IMG/VR virus record: IMGVR_UViG_3300038797_000035
Location: 1 to 51,120 of that record
DNA from: a virus
Lineage: Duplodnaviria > Caudoviricetes
DNA: 51,120 nucleotides
Strand: one strand, 5' to 3'
Position numbers and translations under genes: made by a program. Position 1 is the first letter of the stretch. The number at the start of each line of letters is the position of its first letter. This document shows, piece by piece, positions 1 to 9,371 of this stretch. Under the pieces are notes generated by a model. The model did no database searches, had not been told where the DNA came from, and saw only the letters and a program-made list of their open reading frames with translations.

Positions 1-2
1 TC

Positions 3-302
3 ACCATTGGTGAAGTTAGCGAGCTGTGTGCGGTAAAACCGCACGTACTGCGCTACTGGGAGCAGGAGTTTCCTCAACTCAACCCCGTCAAACGCCGCGG
101 AAACCGCCGGTATTATCAGCGCCAGGACGTGCTGATGATCCGGCAGATCCGCGCGCTTCTTTACGATCAAGGGTTCACCATCGGTGGCGCACGCTTGCGC
201 TTGTCCGGCGATGAAGCCAAAGATGACACCACCCAATACAAGCAAATGATCCGCCAGATGATCGCCGAGCTCGAAGATGTTCTGGTGGTGCTCAAGAAAT
301 AA
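3..302 (+). CDS. MerR-family HTH transcriptional regulator (5'-truncated by window; host gene)
   Basis: Frame 3 reads [38 protein letters not shown]...VLKK*, a MerR HTH motif. This gene typically precedes tRNA-Pro in Pseudomonas. Confidence 0.9.
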   Translation, partial: TIGEVSELCAVKPHVLRYWEQEFPQLNPVKRRGNRRYYQRQDVLMIRQIRALLYDQGFTIGGARLRLSGDEAKDDTTQYKQMIRQMIAELEDVLVVLKK

Positions 303-392
303 ATTCCTGCTTTTAAATACTTCCAGTTTTCAAAAGCTTGCGATATATTCTTGAGCGTTCCTCGAGGTTGAGGAACGAGTTTCACGCCTAGT

Positions 393-469
393 CGGGGCGT
401 AGCGCAGTCCGGTAGCGCACTAGCATGGGGTGCTAGGGGTCGAGTGTTCGAATCACTCCGTCCCGACCA
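393..469 (+). tRNA. tRNA-Pro(GGG), intact; prophage integration target
   Basis: 77 nt, CGGGGCG...CGTCCCG-ACCA; anticodon arm CTAGC-AT-GGG-GT-GCTAG; T-loop GTTCGAATC. Confidence 0.97.
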
Positions 470-472
470 TAT
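422..472 (+). repeat. attL core (51 bp, 3' half of tRNA-Pro)
   Basis: AGCATGGGGTGCTAGGGGTCGAGTGTTCGAATCACTCCGTCCCGACCATAT, identical to 49260-49310. Confidence 0.97.
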
Positions 473-495
473 TTTCTGATTAAATTCAGGCACTT

Positions 496-522
496 AAGCC
501 GATCAGCCAGATCGGCTTTTTT
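496..522 (+). terminator. Rho-independent terminator after tRNA
   Basis: AAGCCGATC-AGCCA-GATCGGCTT followed by a T-run. Confidence 0.85.
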
Positions 523-528
523 GTGTCT

Positions 529-559
529 GCGCAAAACCCGCGCAAAACTGGCGCAAAAC
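529..559 (+). repeat. Integrase arm-type binding sites (3 x GCGCAAAAC, 11-bp period)
   Basis: Copies at 529, 540 and 551; another at 49136-49144 near attR. Confidence 0.75.
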
Positions 560-1674
560 TACCCGGTGATTTCGCTGATATTCAGGTCAGGGATTGCTTC
601 CGACCAGACGATTTCGGCGTGGTCTCGTTGGTAGTTTTTGGTCATGCTCTCGCTGGCGTGGCCGGCAATCTTCTGCCCATCCTTTCCGGCTTTCTGATAC
701 AGGTGCAGCGACAGTGCTCGCACTTCGTGAAAGCCTGGCATTTCCTCTTCCTTCCATCCCTTGTAACAACCCGCCGCTTCCCGGGCCTCCTTGAAGGCTC
801 GCGTCAAATATCGTTCTTCGACCTGAGTCCAGTGGTCCTTCGTCTGCGCCTGCTTCTGCTTTTTGCGGTCTGGGCGACGGTGAATCAGGTAAGGGGAGAC
901 GATGTCATCCCGGCACCGGCTGATCACCGCCTGGAGCTCATCAGTTACCTTGAACCGGATCCAGGCTGCGTCACTGGCCTTGGCCGTCTTCTGCTGCACC
1001 ACATACAGAAACCCCTCCCGAACCCCATCGAATCGCATATTCAAGATGTCGGTCCGGCGCTGCGCGGTGATCAATGCCAGGTCGATAGCGTTCTGCAGCC
1101 AGAACGGTGACTTCTCTCGGATGGCTTTCAGGCCTTCGATGGTATGCCGCTTGCGCTGCTTCTTCTCGATTCGGTTGATAGTGCTGGCTGCGGGGTTGTC
1201 CGGGCACAGACCTTTGGCCGCTGCATGGTTGAAGATGTCGATCAGCAGGGCTCGGCACTGGTTGGCGGTGCGCGGCGTGAGGGCGTCCAGCATCTCCGCG
1301 ATCATGCGGATCGTGATCTGGTCGACCGCTTTGCCTTCGAACTGTTTCCGAAAGCGGCGGAAGTGCACGGCGTACAGGCCCAAGGTCCCTTTCGCCAGTT
1401 CCCGCGGCGGCAGCACGTCGTGCTCGTACGTGTCCAAGAAACCGGCGAACGATTCGGAATTGCTGCCCATCACGGCGCCGATCAGGTCGGCGCCACGCAT
1501 GAACTCCAGATTCAACTGCTTCGCCGCATCGATCGCTTTGATTCGGTCCGAGCCGAACTGGAACCACTTACCGTCGGTAGGCCGGCGGTAGCGATAGGTC
1601 GAGCGCCGCGAATCGAAGTACAGGTTCTGCGGGAGGCTCTTATTCGCCTTGTTGCGCGGCCGTGGGACCATCAT
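559..1674 (-). CDS. int: Tyrosine integrase with lambda-type N-terminal arm-binding domain
   Basis: Catalytic R (TAQRRTDI), HxxR (FHEVR), GH and Y (KNYQR); adjacent to attL. Confidence 0.95.
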   Translation of the reverse strand: MMVPRPRNKANKSLPQNLYFDSRRSTYRYRRPTDGKWFQFGSDRIKAIDAAKQLNLEFMRGADLIGAVMGSNSESFAGFLDTYEHDVLPPRELAKGTLGLYAVHFRRFRKQFEGKAVDQITIRMIAEMLDALTPRTANQCRALLIDIFNHAAAKGLCPDNPAASTINRIEKKQRKRHTIEGLKAIREKSPFWLQNAIDLALITAQRRTDILNMRFDGVREGFLYVVQQKTAKASDAAWIRFKVTDELQAVISRCRDDIVSPYLIHRRPDRKKQKQAQTKDHWTQVEERYLTRAFKEAREAAGCYKGWKEEEMPGFHEVRALSLHLYQKAGKDGQKIAGHASESMTKNYQRDHAEIVWSEAIPDLNISEITG

Positions 1675-1883
1675 GCAGCTCCTTTCAGTACCATCGCGAC
1701 CAGGTCATTGCCTTCGGACCGGCTGAACGCCGTCCAGTCAACGTACCAGAGTTTGCCGATCTGCTCGCCGGGCACTTGCCCATTGCGGATGTGGTTGCGG
1801 ATCGCTTGCGGGCACTGCGGGGTGCCGTTTTCCCCCCAGCGACGGCGCTGGAATTCACTGATTTTGATCAGCTCTTTTTTCAT
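1671..1883 (-). CDS. xis: Excisionase-like protein
   Basis: Small basic protein overlapping the int start; IRNGQVPGEQIGKLWYVD is winged-helix-like. Confidence 0.7.
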   Translation of the reverse strand: MKKELIKISEFQRRRWGENGTPQCPQAIRNHIRNGQVPGEQIGKLWYVDWTAFSRSEGNDLVAMVLKGAA

Positions 1884-1928
1884 GTGATGCTCCATGCCGT
1901 GCGTGGCGGCAGAAGGTGGTGATGGGTT

Positions 1929-2360
1929 TTATTCGTCGTCGGAGTCAGCGTCGTCTTCACCGTCATGGCTGACGCTGATGGGGAGTTTGCCCAGACGTTC
2001 CAATGCCACGACGAGTCCGATGCGCAGGCCCTTGGCCATATCTTTTGTGAGCATGATTTCGACCGGGTCATCGGTACCGAGTTGAAGAGTCACGCCTTCC
2101 TTGGCGTTGTCGCTGATCAGGCGCAACTGATCGGCCTGCCGCTTGTGCCACGCAAGCAACGACTCGATCATCTCACCAACGTCCTGCGGAGCGTTGACCG
2201 AACCCTCCAGTGCGCCGGTGATCAGATTTTTCAATTCCGACTTTTCTTCTTCTGCGCGCTCGAGCTGGTCGTCGGCGGCGAACGGACCGCCAACCATTGA
2301 CCAACTGCTCGCGAACACCTCGGCTTGTTCCATGATGGCTTTAACTGTTTTCTCAGACAT
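1929..2360 (-). CDS. Hypothetical phage protein
   Basis: ORF with GAGG RBS (MSEKTVK...), in the leftward operon. Confidence 0.7.
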   Translation of the reverse strand: MSEKTVKAIMEQAEVFASSWSMVGGPFAADDQLERAEEEKSELKNLITGALEGSVNAPQDVGEMIESLLAWHKRQADQLRLISDNAKEGVTLQLGTDDPVEIMLTKDMAKGLRIGLVVALERLGKLPISVSHDGEDDADSDDE

Positions 2361-2410
2361 GCGAATTCCTCGCCCGCCGTTCACCGGCAGGCTGGTAGGT
2401 GGAAGAGGGG

Positions 2411-2875
2411 TTAGGACTTTGTCGTCTGCTGGCGTTTGCGCGCCGCTGCAACCAAGGCTTTCGATGTACTGGCAACGCCGCCGGCAACGTCCTCGGGCAG
2501 GATGGCGGTATTGCAGTGCGGGCAGAGCGGGGCCATCTTCGTACTGCGCCAGGCTTCGTCCATCACCTTTGCGGCCCGGCTTCGGATCTGGAATTTCTCA
2601 GCCTCAGCCAGCTCCGCCGAGCGGCGATTAATTCGGGATGCCGCGGCGCTGAACTTCTCAACCAGGTTGGTGAACGCGTCGAATGGCTCGACCTCCGCCT
2701 CGCAATCGCTGCACCAGATGCGCCGCTCTTTTTCGTCATAGACGAGTTGCTTGTGCCGGCAGGAGGAAGCAGGGCGCCGGGTCATGCCGCGTGCCACCCG
2801 GATGTCCTCGATCTGCACAACCTTCACGCCGTACAGGTATTCCTGCGGTTCAATCGGTGCATCACTCATCGCCAC
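2411..2875 (-). CDS. Hypothetical phage protein with CxxC motifs
   Basis: CRH, CSDC and CPHC motifs; operon context. Confidence 0.7.
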   Translation of the reverse strand: MAMSDAPIEPQEYLYGVKVVQIEDIRVARGMTRRPASSCRHKQLVYDEKERRIWCSDCEAEVEPFDAFTNLVEKFSAAASRINRRSAELAEAEKFQIRSRAAKVMDEAWRSTKMAPLCPHCNTAILPEDVAGGVASTSKALVAAARKRQQTTKS

Positions 2876-2918
2876 GGCCCCTTGTAGATGAGCCAGAGCA
2901 TGTAGAGCGGGGCTGCGA

Positions 2919-3176
2919 TCATGGCATCACCTGCGATTTGCGCTGTTGCTGAAGCCCGAAGTCCTCCGCCGATCGAGAGCAGCCAGACTTGCATCCATAT
3001 TCATGGCAGGCCGTCTGGTTGCAAATTGCTCGGTAGCCTGACCCGCCGCATAGACCGCAATTGGCGCCGGAGTGAGCGGGGCATCTGTAAACCTCACCTG
3101 ATTCACCATGTTTTTGGAGTCGTATTGGTAGCATTCCGGTGCCAGCGTCCGGAACAACCTGCAGGGCATTTTTCAT
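2919..3176 (-). CDS. Small Cys-rich hypothetical protein
   Basis: MKNALQVV...CPAHSGANCGLCGGSG...C; overlaps neighbouring small ORFs. Confidence 0.5.
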   Translation of the reverse strand: MKNALQVVPDAGTGMLPIRLQKHGESGEVYRCPAHSGANCGLCGGSGYRAICNQTACHEYGCKSGCSRSAEDFGLQQQRKSQVMP

Positions 3177-3246
3177 GTGGCCACCGCTGCGACAGAGAGG
3201 ATGATGGCGCCCCAGATGCAGGCGCTGACTGCCATGCACTTCAGGA

Positions 3247-3762
3247 TCATGCTGATGACCTCTCGTTGTGAAGTTCATTTCTCAGCGCTGTCGCTGCTAT
3301 CGAGGCTGATTCAATGTCGACGTGATAGCCGCCGTAGTGGACCTTCTTGTTCGCCCTGACCTGGACGAACCATCGTTCTTTCCTGCCGTCCCAATACACG
3401 CCTCGAACACCACTTGCGCCTCGCCCAGGCCCATCAGGTACGGAGGCAAGGCGATACGCTTGATTCTCCGTGTGCGTCGCAAGGCGCAAGTTCTGCCATC
3501 GGTTGTCATCGCGAACGGCGTTTATGTGGTCGACGTGCATGTCTGCCGGCGGATAGCTGCCGGTCATGTAAAGCCACGCAAGCCGGTGGGCTTGATGCTT
3601 GACCCCATCAATCGAGATCTTCACGTAGCCGTCTTTGTCGAGCTGTCCGACCTTCGGCCGGCGCCGCCCCAGATGCTTGAATTTTCCCGTGCCGGGGTCG
3701 TACACCACTTTTTCCAGCAAGCGTTCATGCGTGAGTTGGCGCGTTTTCATGGGCGTACTCAT
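3247..3762 (-). CDS. HNH endonuclease with C-terminal AP2-like domain
   Basis: AHRLAW...VDHINAVRDDNRWQNLR (HNH) followed by SGVRGVYWDGRKERWFVQV (AP2). Confidence 0.9.
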   Translation of the reverse strand: MSTPMKTRQLTHERLLEKVVYDPGTGKFKHLGRRRPKVGQLDKDGYVKISIDGVKHQAHRLAWLYMTGSYPPADMHVDHINAVRDDNRWQNLRLATHTENQAYRLASVPDGPGRGASGVRGVYWDGRKERWFVQVRANKKVHYGGYHVDIESASIAATALRNELHNERSSA

Positions 3763-3802
3763 CCTTTGCCGCTATAGCGGCTGACTTTGAAGGGGGAGGG
3801 AG

Positions 3803-4051
3803 TTACTCGAGTTCTTGCTGAACGGCATCCGGGTCGTAACTGGTGCCGTACCATTCAATCTTCAGGTCGTGATGGACGTAGGAGGTTGTGTCGCCATCAT
3901 TCTCGCCGTCTTGCGACACAATCCAGAATGCCCATCCATCGTCGCCGTCCTCACACTGATGGAACGGCGGGCACTCACCAATTGCTACGGCCAAGAAATC
4001 GGCAATGGCACGCTCAGCTTCTTCATGGGTTGGTCGGTCACCTTCAGTCAT
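3803..4051 (-). CDS. Acidic hypothetical protein
   Basis: 82-aa ORF in operon. Confidence 0.6.
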   Translation of the reverse strand: MTEGDRPTHEEAERAIADFLAVAIGECPPFHQCEDGDDGWAFWIVSQDGENDGDTTSYVHHDLKIEWYGTSYDPDAVQQELE

Positions 4052-4054
4052 GGT

Positions 4055-4612
4055 CTATTCGCCCTGGTTGGCCAGCATGTTCAGGCGCATGCCCGATGTG
4101 CCGGGGAGTTCGTGGCACGGCTCGCTGGCCGATGCTTCATCGCAAAGGCTCAACACCCAGTCGATCCATTCCTTCCGCTGTCTGTACTGGGGCTCATCGT
4201 CCCCGGGCACGAACACCTCGTGATGCTTGCTGCGATTGATCGACCGCATGGCGCTGGTCAGCTCATCAATCCGCTGATCCGCTGTGTTCAGGCGTAGCTG
4301 CAGGGCGTCACGCTCGGCGGTGAGTCGCGCAACTTCACCAGCATCAGCCGGCGGCGGTTCGGGTGCCGAGGCAAGCATGGCCGCCCAGCACAGTTTCGCG
4401 CGGAACGCCGCTTGCTGGCAGCCGCTCATCTCCTGGTACTGCTCCCAGACTTCCTCATCGGTAAAGCACTCGTCTGGCACCGACTCGAAACCGTTTATCA
4501 CCATGGTTTCGGTCGGCTCGACCGGCACCAGTTTCCATTGACTGTTCATCCTGCGATCTCCGATATCAGCTTCGCTGGCCGGGCCCAGGTAGTTGATTTT
4601 TGGCTCGCTCAC
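4055..4612 (-). CDS. Hypothetical phage protein (start uncertain: GTG 4612 or ATG 4549)
   Basis: WKLVPVEPTETM...AMLASAP motif common in phage early genes, plus a coiled coil. Confidence 0.7.
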   Translation of the reverse strand: MSEPKINYLGPASEADIGDRRMNSQWKLVPVEPTETMVINGFESVPDECFTDEEVWEQYQEMSGCQQAAFRAKLCWAAMLASAPEPPPADAGEVARLTAERDALQLRLNTADQRIDELTSAMRSINRSKHHEVFVPGDDEPQYRQRKEWIDWVLSLCDEASASEPCHELPGTSGMRLNMLANQGE

Positions 4613-4623
4613 TTTGAACCCCC

Positions 4624-5028
4624 TCAATTGTCCGTACCCGTGTAGGTGCGCCAAGGGACCTGGGGCCCGTTGAATTCGGCGGCGGTCGGCAGATCTTCCA
4701 GGCAAGCGAAGATCGGCATGCCAATCTCACGCGCACGGTGGACCTCGCCCAGGGTGCCAGCGCTGTACCGCCAGCCGTTGATCAACACCACCGCATCGCA
4801 CCGCTCCATCAGCGCCAAAGTGCCATCGAGGAAGAACTGATCCTGATTCGGCAAGTCGTCGTCGAAGTGCGACGTGTTCGTGTGCGGGCAGATCGGGAAC
4901 CAGCCGAGCCGGGCGGTGCTGACTGCCACCGACCTGGCCGCCGCGATGTTCTCGGCGATCAGTTCGCGGGTCGAGGCTCGGTAAGGCCCGGCCACGTAGA
5001 TGACTGGGATTTTGTTTTCTGTGGGCAT
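4624..5028 (-). CDS. DUF4406-like protein (nucleoside deoxyribosyltransferase-like fold)
   Basis: IYVAGPYR...PICPH...RCDAVVLINGWRYSAGTLGE pattern; GGAGG RBS. Confidence 0.75.
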   Translation of the reverse strand: MPTENKIPVIYVAGPYRASTRELIAENIAAARSVAVSTARLGWFPICPHTNTSHFDDDLPNQDQFFLDGTLALMERCDAVVLINGWRYSAGTLGEVHRAREIGMPIFACLEDLPTAAEFNGPQVPWRTYTGTDN

Positions 5029-5081
5029 GGGAATACCTCCTCGAGCCCATTAGGGCTCGGGTGCATATTGGGAAGGTTTGC

Positions 5082-5207
5082 TTAGCTGAAGTTGAAGTAG
5101 TGCTGTGCGACGAGCAGTGCAATTGCCTCGGAAACAGTTCCACACCAAAAATACTTGGACAATTCCTTGAGCCGGTTATGATTGCAGCCGCATTTCTTAC
5201 AGTGCAT
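5082..5207 (-). CDS. 41-aa peptide in an AT-rich insert (not in ORF track)
   Basis: MHCKKCGCNHNRLKELSKYFWCGTVSEAIALLVAQHYFNFS*; GGGAG RBS upstream; hairpin at 5042-5059 downstream. Confidence 0.5.
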   Translation of the reverse strand: MHCKKCGCNHNRLKELSKYFWCGTVSEAIALLVAQHYFNFS

Positions 5208-5319
5208 TAGTCAAATACTCCCTACTGATTCATGGTCACAAGCGAATGCTTGTTCCCTAATAGTGGAAATCGACTGCCCCTTTTCTGGCCATCTCTATCT
5301 ACCGTTCGTCGGATACCAA

Positions 5320-7383
5320 TCAAGCAGCTTTAGATTGCTGCAGGTTCACTCGCCACGGATCATTTGCTAGGGCCAGCGCGGCCATCGGTGGCGGACTAAC
5401 GCTATTGCCGCACATGTGCACCTGTTGGGTCTTTGTGAATGGCTTGCCGTCGGCGCCGTGGCTGATTATGTAGTCGGCCGGGAAGCCCTGAGCCTTGTAG
5501 AGCTCGGCCGGTTGCAGCATCCGCAGGCAGATGTCGACGATCACGTAGGGCGTGCCCTTGATCGTAACGGTGACCAGGCCCAGCCGATCCTTGGTGGTGA
5601 TCGTTGGTGCTGGCGCGTCGGCGCCGTTTATGTTCTCGGTGCCGTAGTAGCTGATCAGGAATGCCGCGACGCGCAGCGCGCCCTCTTCGTGCTCAGGTGA
5701 CAGCGTGTACTCCAGCAGCGCGTGATGCTCGGCGCCGGCAGTCATTGTCGGCACCGGCTCATCCATCCCGCGCCCGACGCAGTTTTTCCGCAGCGTAGTC
5801 AGGTGGGCGGAGCAAAGAGCGTGGTGCTGCCCCGTTGTGACTGTCGGTACCGGATTCTTCAGATCAGTTGCTGCGTGGCCGGTAGTGTTGGTGATCAGTG
5901 TCGCCGTCACCAGCTGCTGCTGGCTGCCAGTGTTCGTCACCGTGGTCATCGGGTCCTCAATGCTTTTGGCATCCGTGGTATTGAAACCACCATTCATCTG
6001 CGCCATGAACACCGTTGAGATTCCCATCGCATGCGCAGCCCCGGCCGGGCGCTTGTAGTCGCCGCCGCTGGTGATGGTCGGCAGCGGTTCGTCGAGTGCC
6101 TTGCCTTCGTCGGCAAACCGGAACTTGACCAGGTGCGCAGCGGCGACTGAATGCCCGCCGCTCGCAGTAACTGTGCCCAGCGTGTCACCCGCAAACTTGC
6201 TGCCGTCGCCCCAGCGCTGAACGCCGCCCGGCTTCCCTTCGCCGTGCGCAGCCGTGACCATCACCGGGCTGATCAGCGTCAACTCGCCGCGATTCGCGCA
6301 CGTCACAGTCGGCAGCGGGGCGTGGGGATCGTTGATGCGATCGCTGCCCTGATGGGTTGCTGGCGCAATGATTGGGCTGGCCATGGCGAACGACCCGCCG
6401 CGCGGCCAGGAGGTCACCGTGCGCAGTGGCTCATGGGCAGACTGGACACTTTCGCCCGACCAGTTCGCGATCGGCACGATGAATGGGTCAGCGGCATCGA
6501 TGACGAACTTCTTCATGCCCTTGGCGATCCGGCGCAGGGTGGCGGGTGCCAGCGGCTTTGCCCGGTCGAAAATGCTTTTGCTCGGGATGGTCCAATCGAT
6601 GCACTCGGCGGCGGTACGCCACTTCTGTTGGCCCTTGGCCGGGTTCTTCGCGTGGGTCGGCTCGGGCCACACAATCGGCTGTCCATCGCAGCGGGCGATC
6701 ATGAACAGGCGCTCGCGGCTGGTCGGCGCGCCAAAGTCGCAGGCCTTGATGACCCGCCATTCGACGGCGTAGCCCAGACGCTGCAGCTCGGCGACGAATA
6801 CAGCCCACGTTTGCCCGCGGCGTTCCGGGTCAGGGACCAGGAACTGCTGGTGAACCGGGACGACTTCGCCAGGCTCGGCAATGGCGCCGCCCAACTTCAT
6901 CACGCGGCCGGTCGACTTGCAGCGCTTGGCGATCAGTGGCCCCCACTGGAGGATCTGTTTCACGTTCTCCAAGCTGATGACGCGAGGCTTCTTCTTGCCG
7001 GCCCACTTCAGGCCGATCCACGACAGGTTCCGAATCTCGCGCTTGCGCGGTTGGCCGCCAGCGGCCTGGCTGTGATGCGTGCAGTCCGGCGACATGTGAA
7101 ACCAGCCCACGGCCTTGCCGCCGCACTCGGTGTCGGGGTCACCGTCGAACACGTCTGTGGTGTAGTGAACGGCGCCCGGGTGATTCACGGTGTGCATGCT
7201 GATCGCCTGCGGGCTGTGGTTCTTCGCGACATTCACCGCGCGGCCCAGACCCATCTCCAAGCCGGTACCAGCGCCGCCGCCACCACAGAAGAAGTCGACA
7301 ACGATCTCATCGTCCTGAGTGCTGAAGCCGAGTCCGTATTGAGTTTTGAAATCGAAGGGGTGTTTCTTCTGTTGTGCGGACAT
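5320..7383 (-). CDS. C5-cytosine DNA methyltransferase (orphan)
   Basis: Motif I FCGGGG, motif IV SPDC, motif VI ENV, motif VIII RERLF, motif X GNSV. Confidence 0.93.
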   Translation of the reverse strand: MSAQQKKHPFDFKTQYGLGFSTQDDEIVVDFFCGGGGAGTGLEMGLGRAVNVAKNHSPQAISMHTVNHPGAVHYTTDVFDGDPDTECGGKAVGWFHMSPDCTHHSQAAGGQPRKREIRNLSWIGLKWAGKKKPRVISLENVKQILQWGPLIAKRCKSTGRVMKLGGAIAEPGEVVPVHQQFLVPDPERRGQTWAVFVAELQRLGYAVEWRVIKACDFGAPTSRERLFMIARCDGQPIVWPEPTHAKNPAKGQQKWRTAAECIDWTIPSKSIFDRAKPLAPATLRRIAKGMKKFVIDAADPFIVPIANWSGESVQSAHEPLRTVTSWPRGGSFAMASPIIAPATHQGSDRINDPHAPLPTVTCANRGELTLISPVMVTAAHGEGKPGGVQRWGDGSKFAGDTLGTVTASGGHSVAAAHLVKFRFADEGKALDEPLPTITSGGDYKRPAGAAHAMGISTVFMAQMNGGFNTTDAKSIEDPMTTVTNTGSQQQLVTATLITNTTGHAATDLKNPVPTVTTGQHHALCSAHLTTLRKNCVGRGMDEPVPTMTAGAEHHALLEYTLSPEHEEGALRVAAFLISYYGTENINGADAPAPTITTKDRLGLVTVTIKGTPYVIVDICLRMLQPAELYKAQGFPADYIISHGADGKPFTKTQQVHMCGNSVSPPPMAALALANDPWRVNLQQSKAA

Positions 7384-7430
7384 AGGGGATCCTCGCCGGT
7401 ATAGTTCCGGGATCTACAGGGGAGTGGGTT

Positions 7431-8129
7431 ATGACGCGGGACTGGGTGGTTTGGCTTGGATGCTTTTTGCTATTCGGATGCGGAGCTGTTTGGGCTCAGA
7501 TTCCGATAAAAACCGATTTTTTTGTTGTTGATAACATCCATGATTTATTTGAAATACTTGGCGCTCTTGCGACTATTGTGGCTGTCTGCGTTGCCGCGGC
7601 CAGTATCAACTCATGGAAGCATCAGGTGAATGCGGTTGCGGATTTGGAGTTGGCCCGTGATTTTGTTATTTCGCTTCAACGTTACAAAGACTGTATTGTT
7701 GGAGTGTGGGTGATAGCAGAATTCGCGGCCGCTCAAGCCCATGGCTCAGAGACGCCGCCGTTAGAGTTGTCTGAGCCGATTGACGCTGATTTTCAAAGGT
7801 CACTTGATGAACTAAGTAAGAGCCAGTTGGAAGTAAAAGACCTGCTTTTGCGCTGTCAGTCGGTTTGGCGAATCAACCTCATTTCGGAATCAAAGCAGCT
7901 TTTTCAGTTTTCTGATCGTTGCTCCCTGACCGTAAAGAACTACTTGCTTTTGTCTAGGAAAATCCCTGCATCGCCAAACATGGCAAGCCGAGTCAGAAAA
8001 GCGGTGATAACTCATTGGTCTTGGTTTGAGACCAATGGCTGCGACTCATACGAACTTGCGATCGCGCGCACTAATGACCTATCAGCCAAGCTCGAAAAAA
8101 GAATCGAGAAAAAATTATCTGTAGCTTGA
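7431..8129 (+). CDS. Membrane-anchored moron protein, antisense to the early operon
   Basis: Two N-terminal hydrophobic segments; lower GC; GGGGAG RBS; TATAGT -10-like hexamer at 7400. Confidence 0.75.
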   Translation: MTRDWVVWLGCFLLFGCGAVWAQIPIKTDFFVVDNIHDLFEILGALATIVAVCVAAASINSWKHQVNAVADLELARDFVISLQRYKDCIVGVWVIAEFAAAQAHGSETPPLELSEPIDADFQRSLDELSKSQLEVKDLLLRCQSVWRINLISESKQLFQFSDRCSLTVKNYLLLSRKIPASPNMASRVRKAVITHWSWFETNGCDSYELAIARTNDLSAKLEKRIEKKLSVA

Positions 8130-8189
8130 GTGGTTTTAGTGGGGTATTTGTGTTCGGCCCGGCATGGGGCCGGATCAAGGAGATATGTT

Positions 8190-8609
8190 GTGAGTGATGC
8201 CGAGAGAAGCCTGATCGCGCATGCCGCGTTTAGGGAAAGCAGCGATAAGTTTGATCACCTGGTTCTGGCAATCATCGTCGCGGTCATTGGCTTTTTGGTC
8301 CAAACCATCCCGTTCGGCAAGCTTGGGTTAAATGTTGAGACAATGTATCTCTACGCGCTAACCCTGTTCGGGCTTGCGGGGATATCTGCTTTCAAGCGAA
8401 CCGAATGGTCGATTCAGGTGTACGCAAAGAATCACTCGATGCTTGAATCGCTGGAAAAAAGAAATCACGCTGGCTTTCTCGGAAATCGTGTAGCTCTAGA
8501 CAAGTGTCAAAGCCGAACATATTTCTACTATCGAGCGAGAAATATTTTCATATTCACCGGCTTAGTCTGTTTCATCATCACGAAAGTGTTTGAGACCTAT
8601 GTGCGGTAA
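8190..8609 (+). CDS. Multi-TM moron protein
   Basis: GTG start after AAGGAG; three hydrophobic helices; lower GC. Confidence 0.75.
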   Translation: MSDAERSLIAHAAFRESSDKFDHLVLAIIVAVIGFLVQTIPFGKLGLNVETMYLYALTLFGLAGISAFKRTEWSIQVYAKNHSMLESLEKRNHAGFLGNRVALDKCQSRTYFYYRARNIFIFTGLVCFIITKVFETYVR

Positions 8610-8620
8610 AAAAGCACTGT

Positions 8621-8932
8621 TTACTCACTGATTACCCTGAGCGCTTCGCGGCTGTAGGCGATCTCAAGTTTCCGCGACACGTTTTCGGGTATTACGTATT
8701 CGTGTCGCGGCGGCGGCTCAAGCAGGGGAAGGGCGCCGCCCGGGCCAAGTCCGTGCAGGTGGTGAATCATCAGCGTGATCGCCTCGCCCTGTTCCTCGAT
8801 GCCGCTCCAGGCCATCAGCTCAGCAAGGGCTTGGCGCGTGGCGGGCAGAGTATGGAACCGAACCTCTACTTCGCCGCGGCTCTTCCTCTTCGCCGCGGCT
8901 TTCTCTGACCGTTCCGCATTGCTCTTGGCCAT
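8621..8932 (-). CDS. Conserved phage protein, possibly DNA-binding
   Basis: Basic N-terminus and a beta-alpha-alpha-like segment (EVEVRFHTLPATRQALAEL). Confidence 0.7.
   Translation of the reverse strand: MAKSNAERSEKAAAKRKSRGEVEVRFHTLPATRQALAELMAWSGIEEQGEAITLMIHHLHGLGPGGALPLLEPPPRHEYVIPENVSRKLEIAYSREALRVISE
8673..8709. repeat. Bipartite palindrome copy 1 (CGCGACAC-N21-GTGTCGCG)
   Basis: cgcgacacgttttcgggtattacgtattcgtgtcgcg. Confidence 0.75.
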
Positions 8933-9013
8933 GGGCTACCCCTTCAATTCCACTGACCGGTAAGTCCAGCCAGGTCTGTCGTTTGCGTTGTTGTACGCGT
9001 GCCGTCCTGCGCA

Positions 9014-9370
9014 TCATGCTGATGCCGGGAAGTCGAGCGAGTAATCGGCGATCAGCCGTCGGCACAGCGTTTCGCTGATGCCGATGTGCTTGCTGGCCTT
9101 GTAGCGACTCATGCCGGCGGCTTTGCACTCCATCAACTGAGCGGCCAGAGCGGCCTTTTCTTCGTCCGTGATGACCCGGCCGCGTTTGGTTTTCGGCGCA
9201 TCACCAACTCGGCGACCGTATGGCGCCTTCGGCACTTGCTCGACGCCTGGGCTGTCCTTGCCAATGCCAGTCGGGATCAGTTGAGCCTGACCCCCAGATG
9301 CAAAGAAGGCAGCTTTCGCCGCCTCCAGTCCACTTTGCCGCTTGGCGGCTTCTTCGATTGCTGGGTCCAT
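9014..9370 (-). CDS. Hypothetical protein with C-terminal HTH
   Basis: GMSRYKASKHIGISETLCRRLI HTH-like segment. Confidence 0.7.
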   Translation of the reverse strand: MDPAIEEAAKRQSGLEAAKAAFFASGGQAQLIPTGIGKDSPGVEQVPKAPYGRRVGDAPKTKRGRVITDEEKAALAAQLMECKAAGMSRYKASKHIGISETLCRRLIADYSLDFPASA

Positions 9371-9371
9371 A

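Noticed and set aside
6151-7404. 417-aa plus-strand ORF and similar long antisense ORFs (e.g. 28119-29330, 33215-34534)
   Set aside because: Shadow frames of high-GC genes on the opposite strand, with no RBS or motifs.
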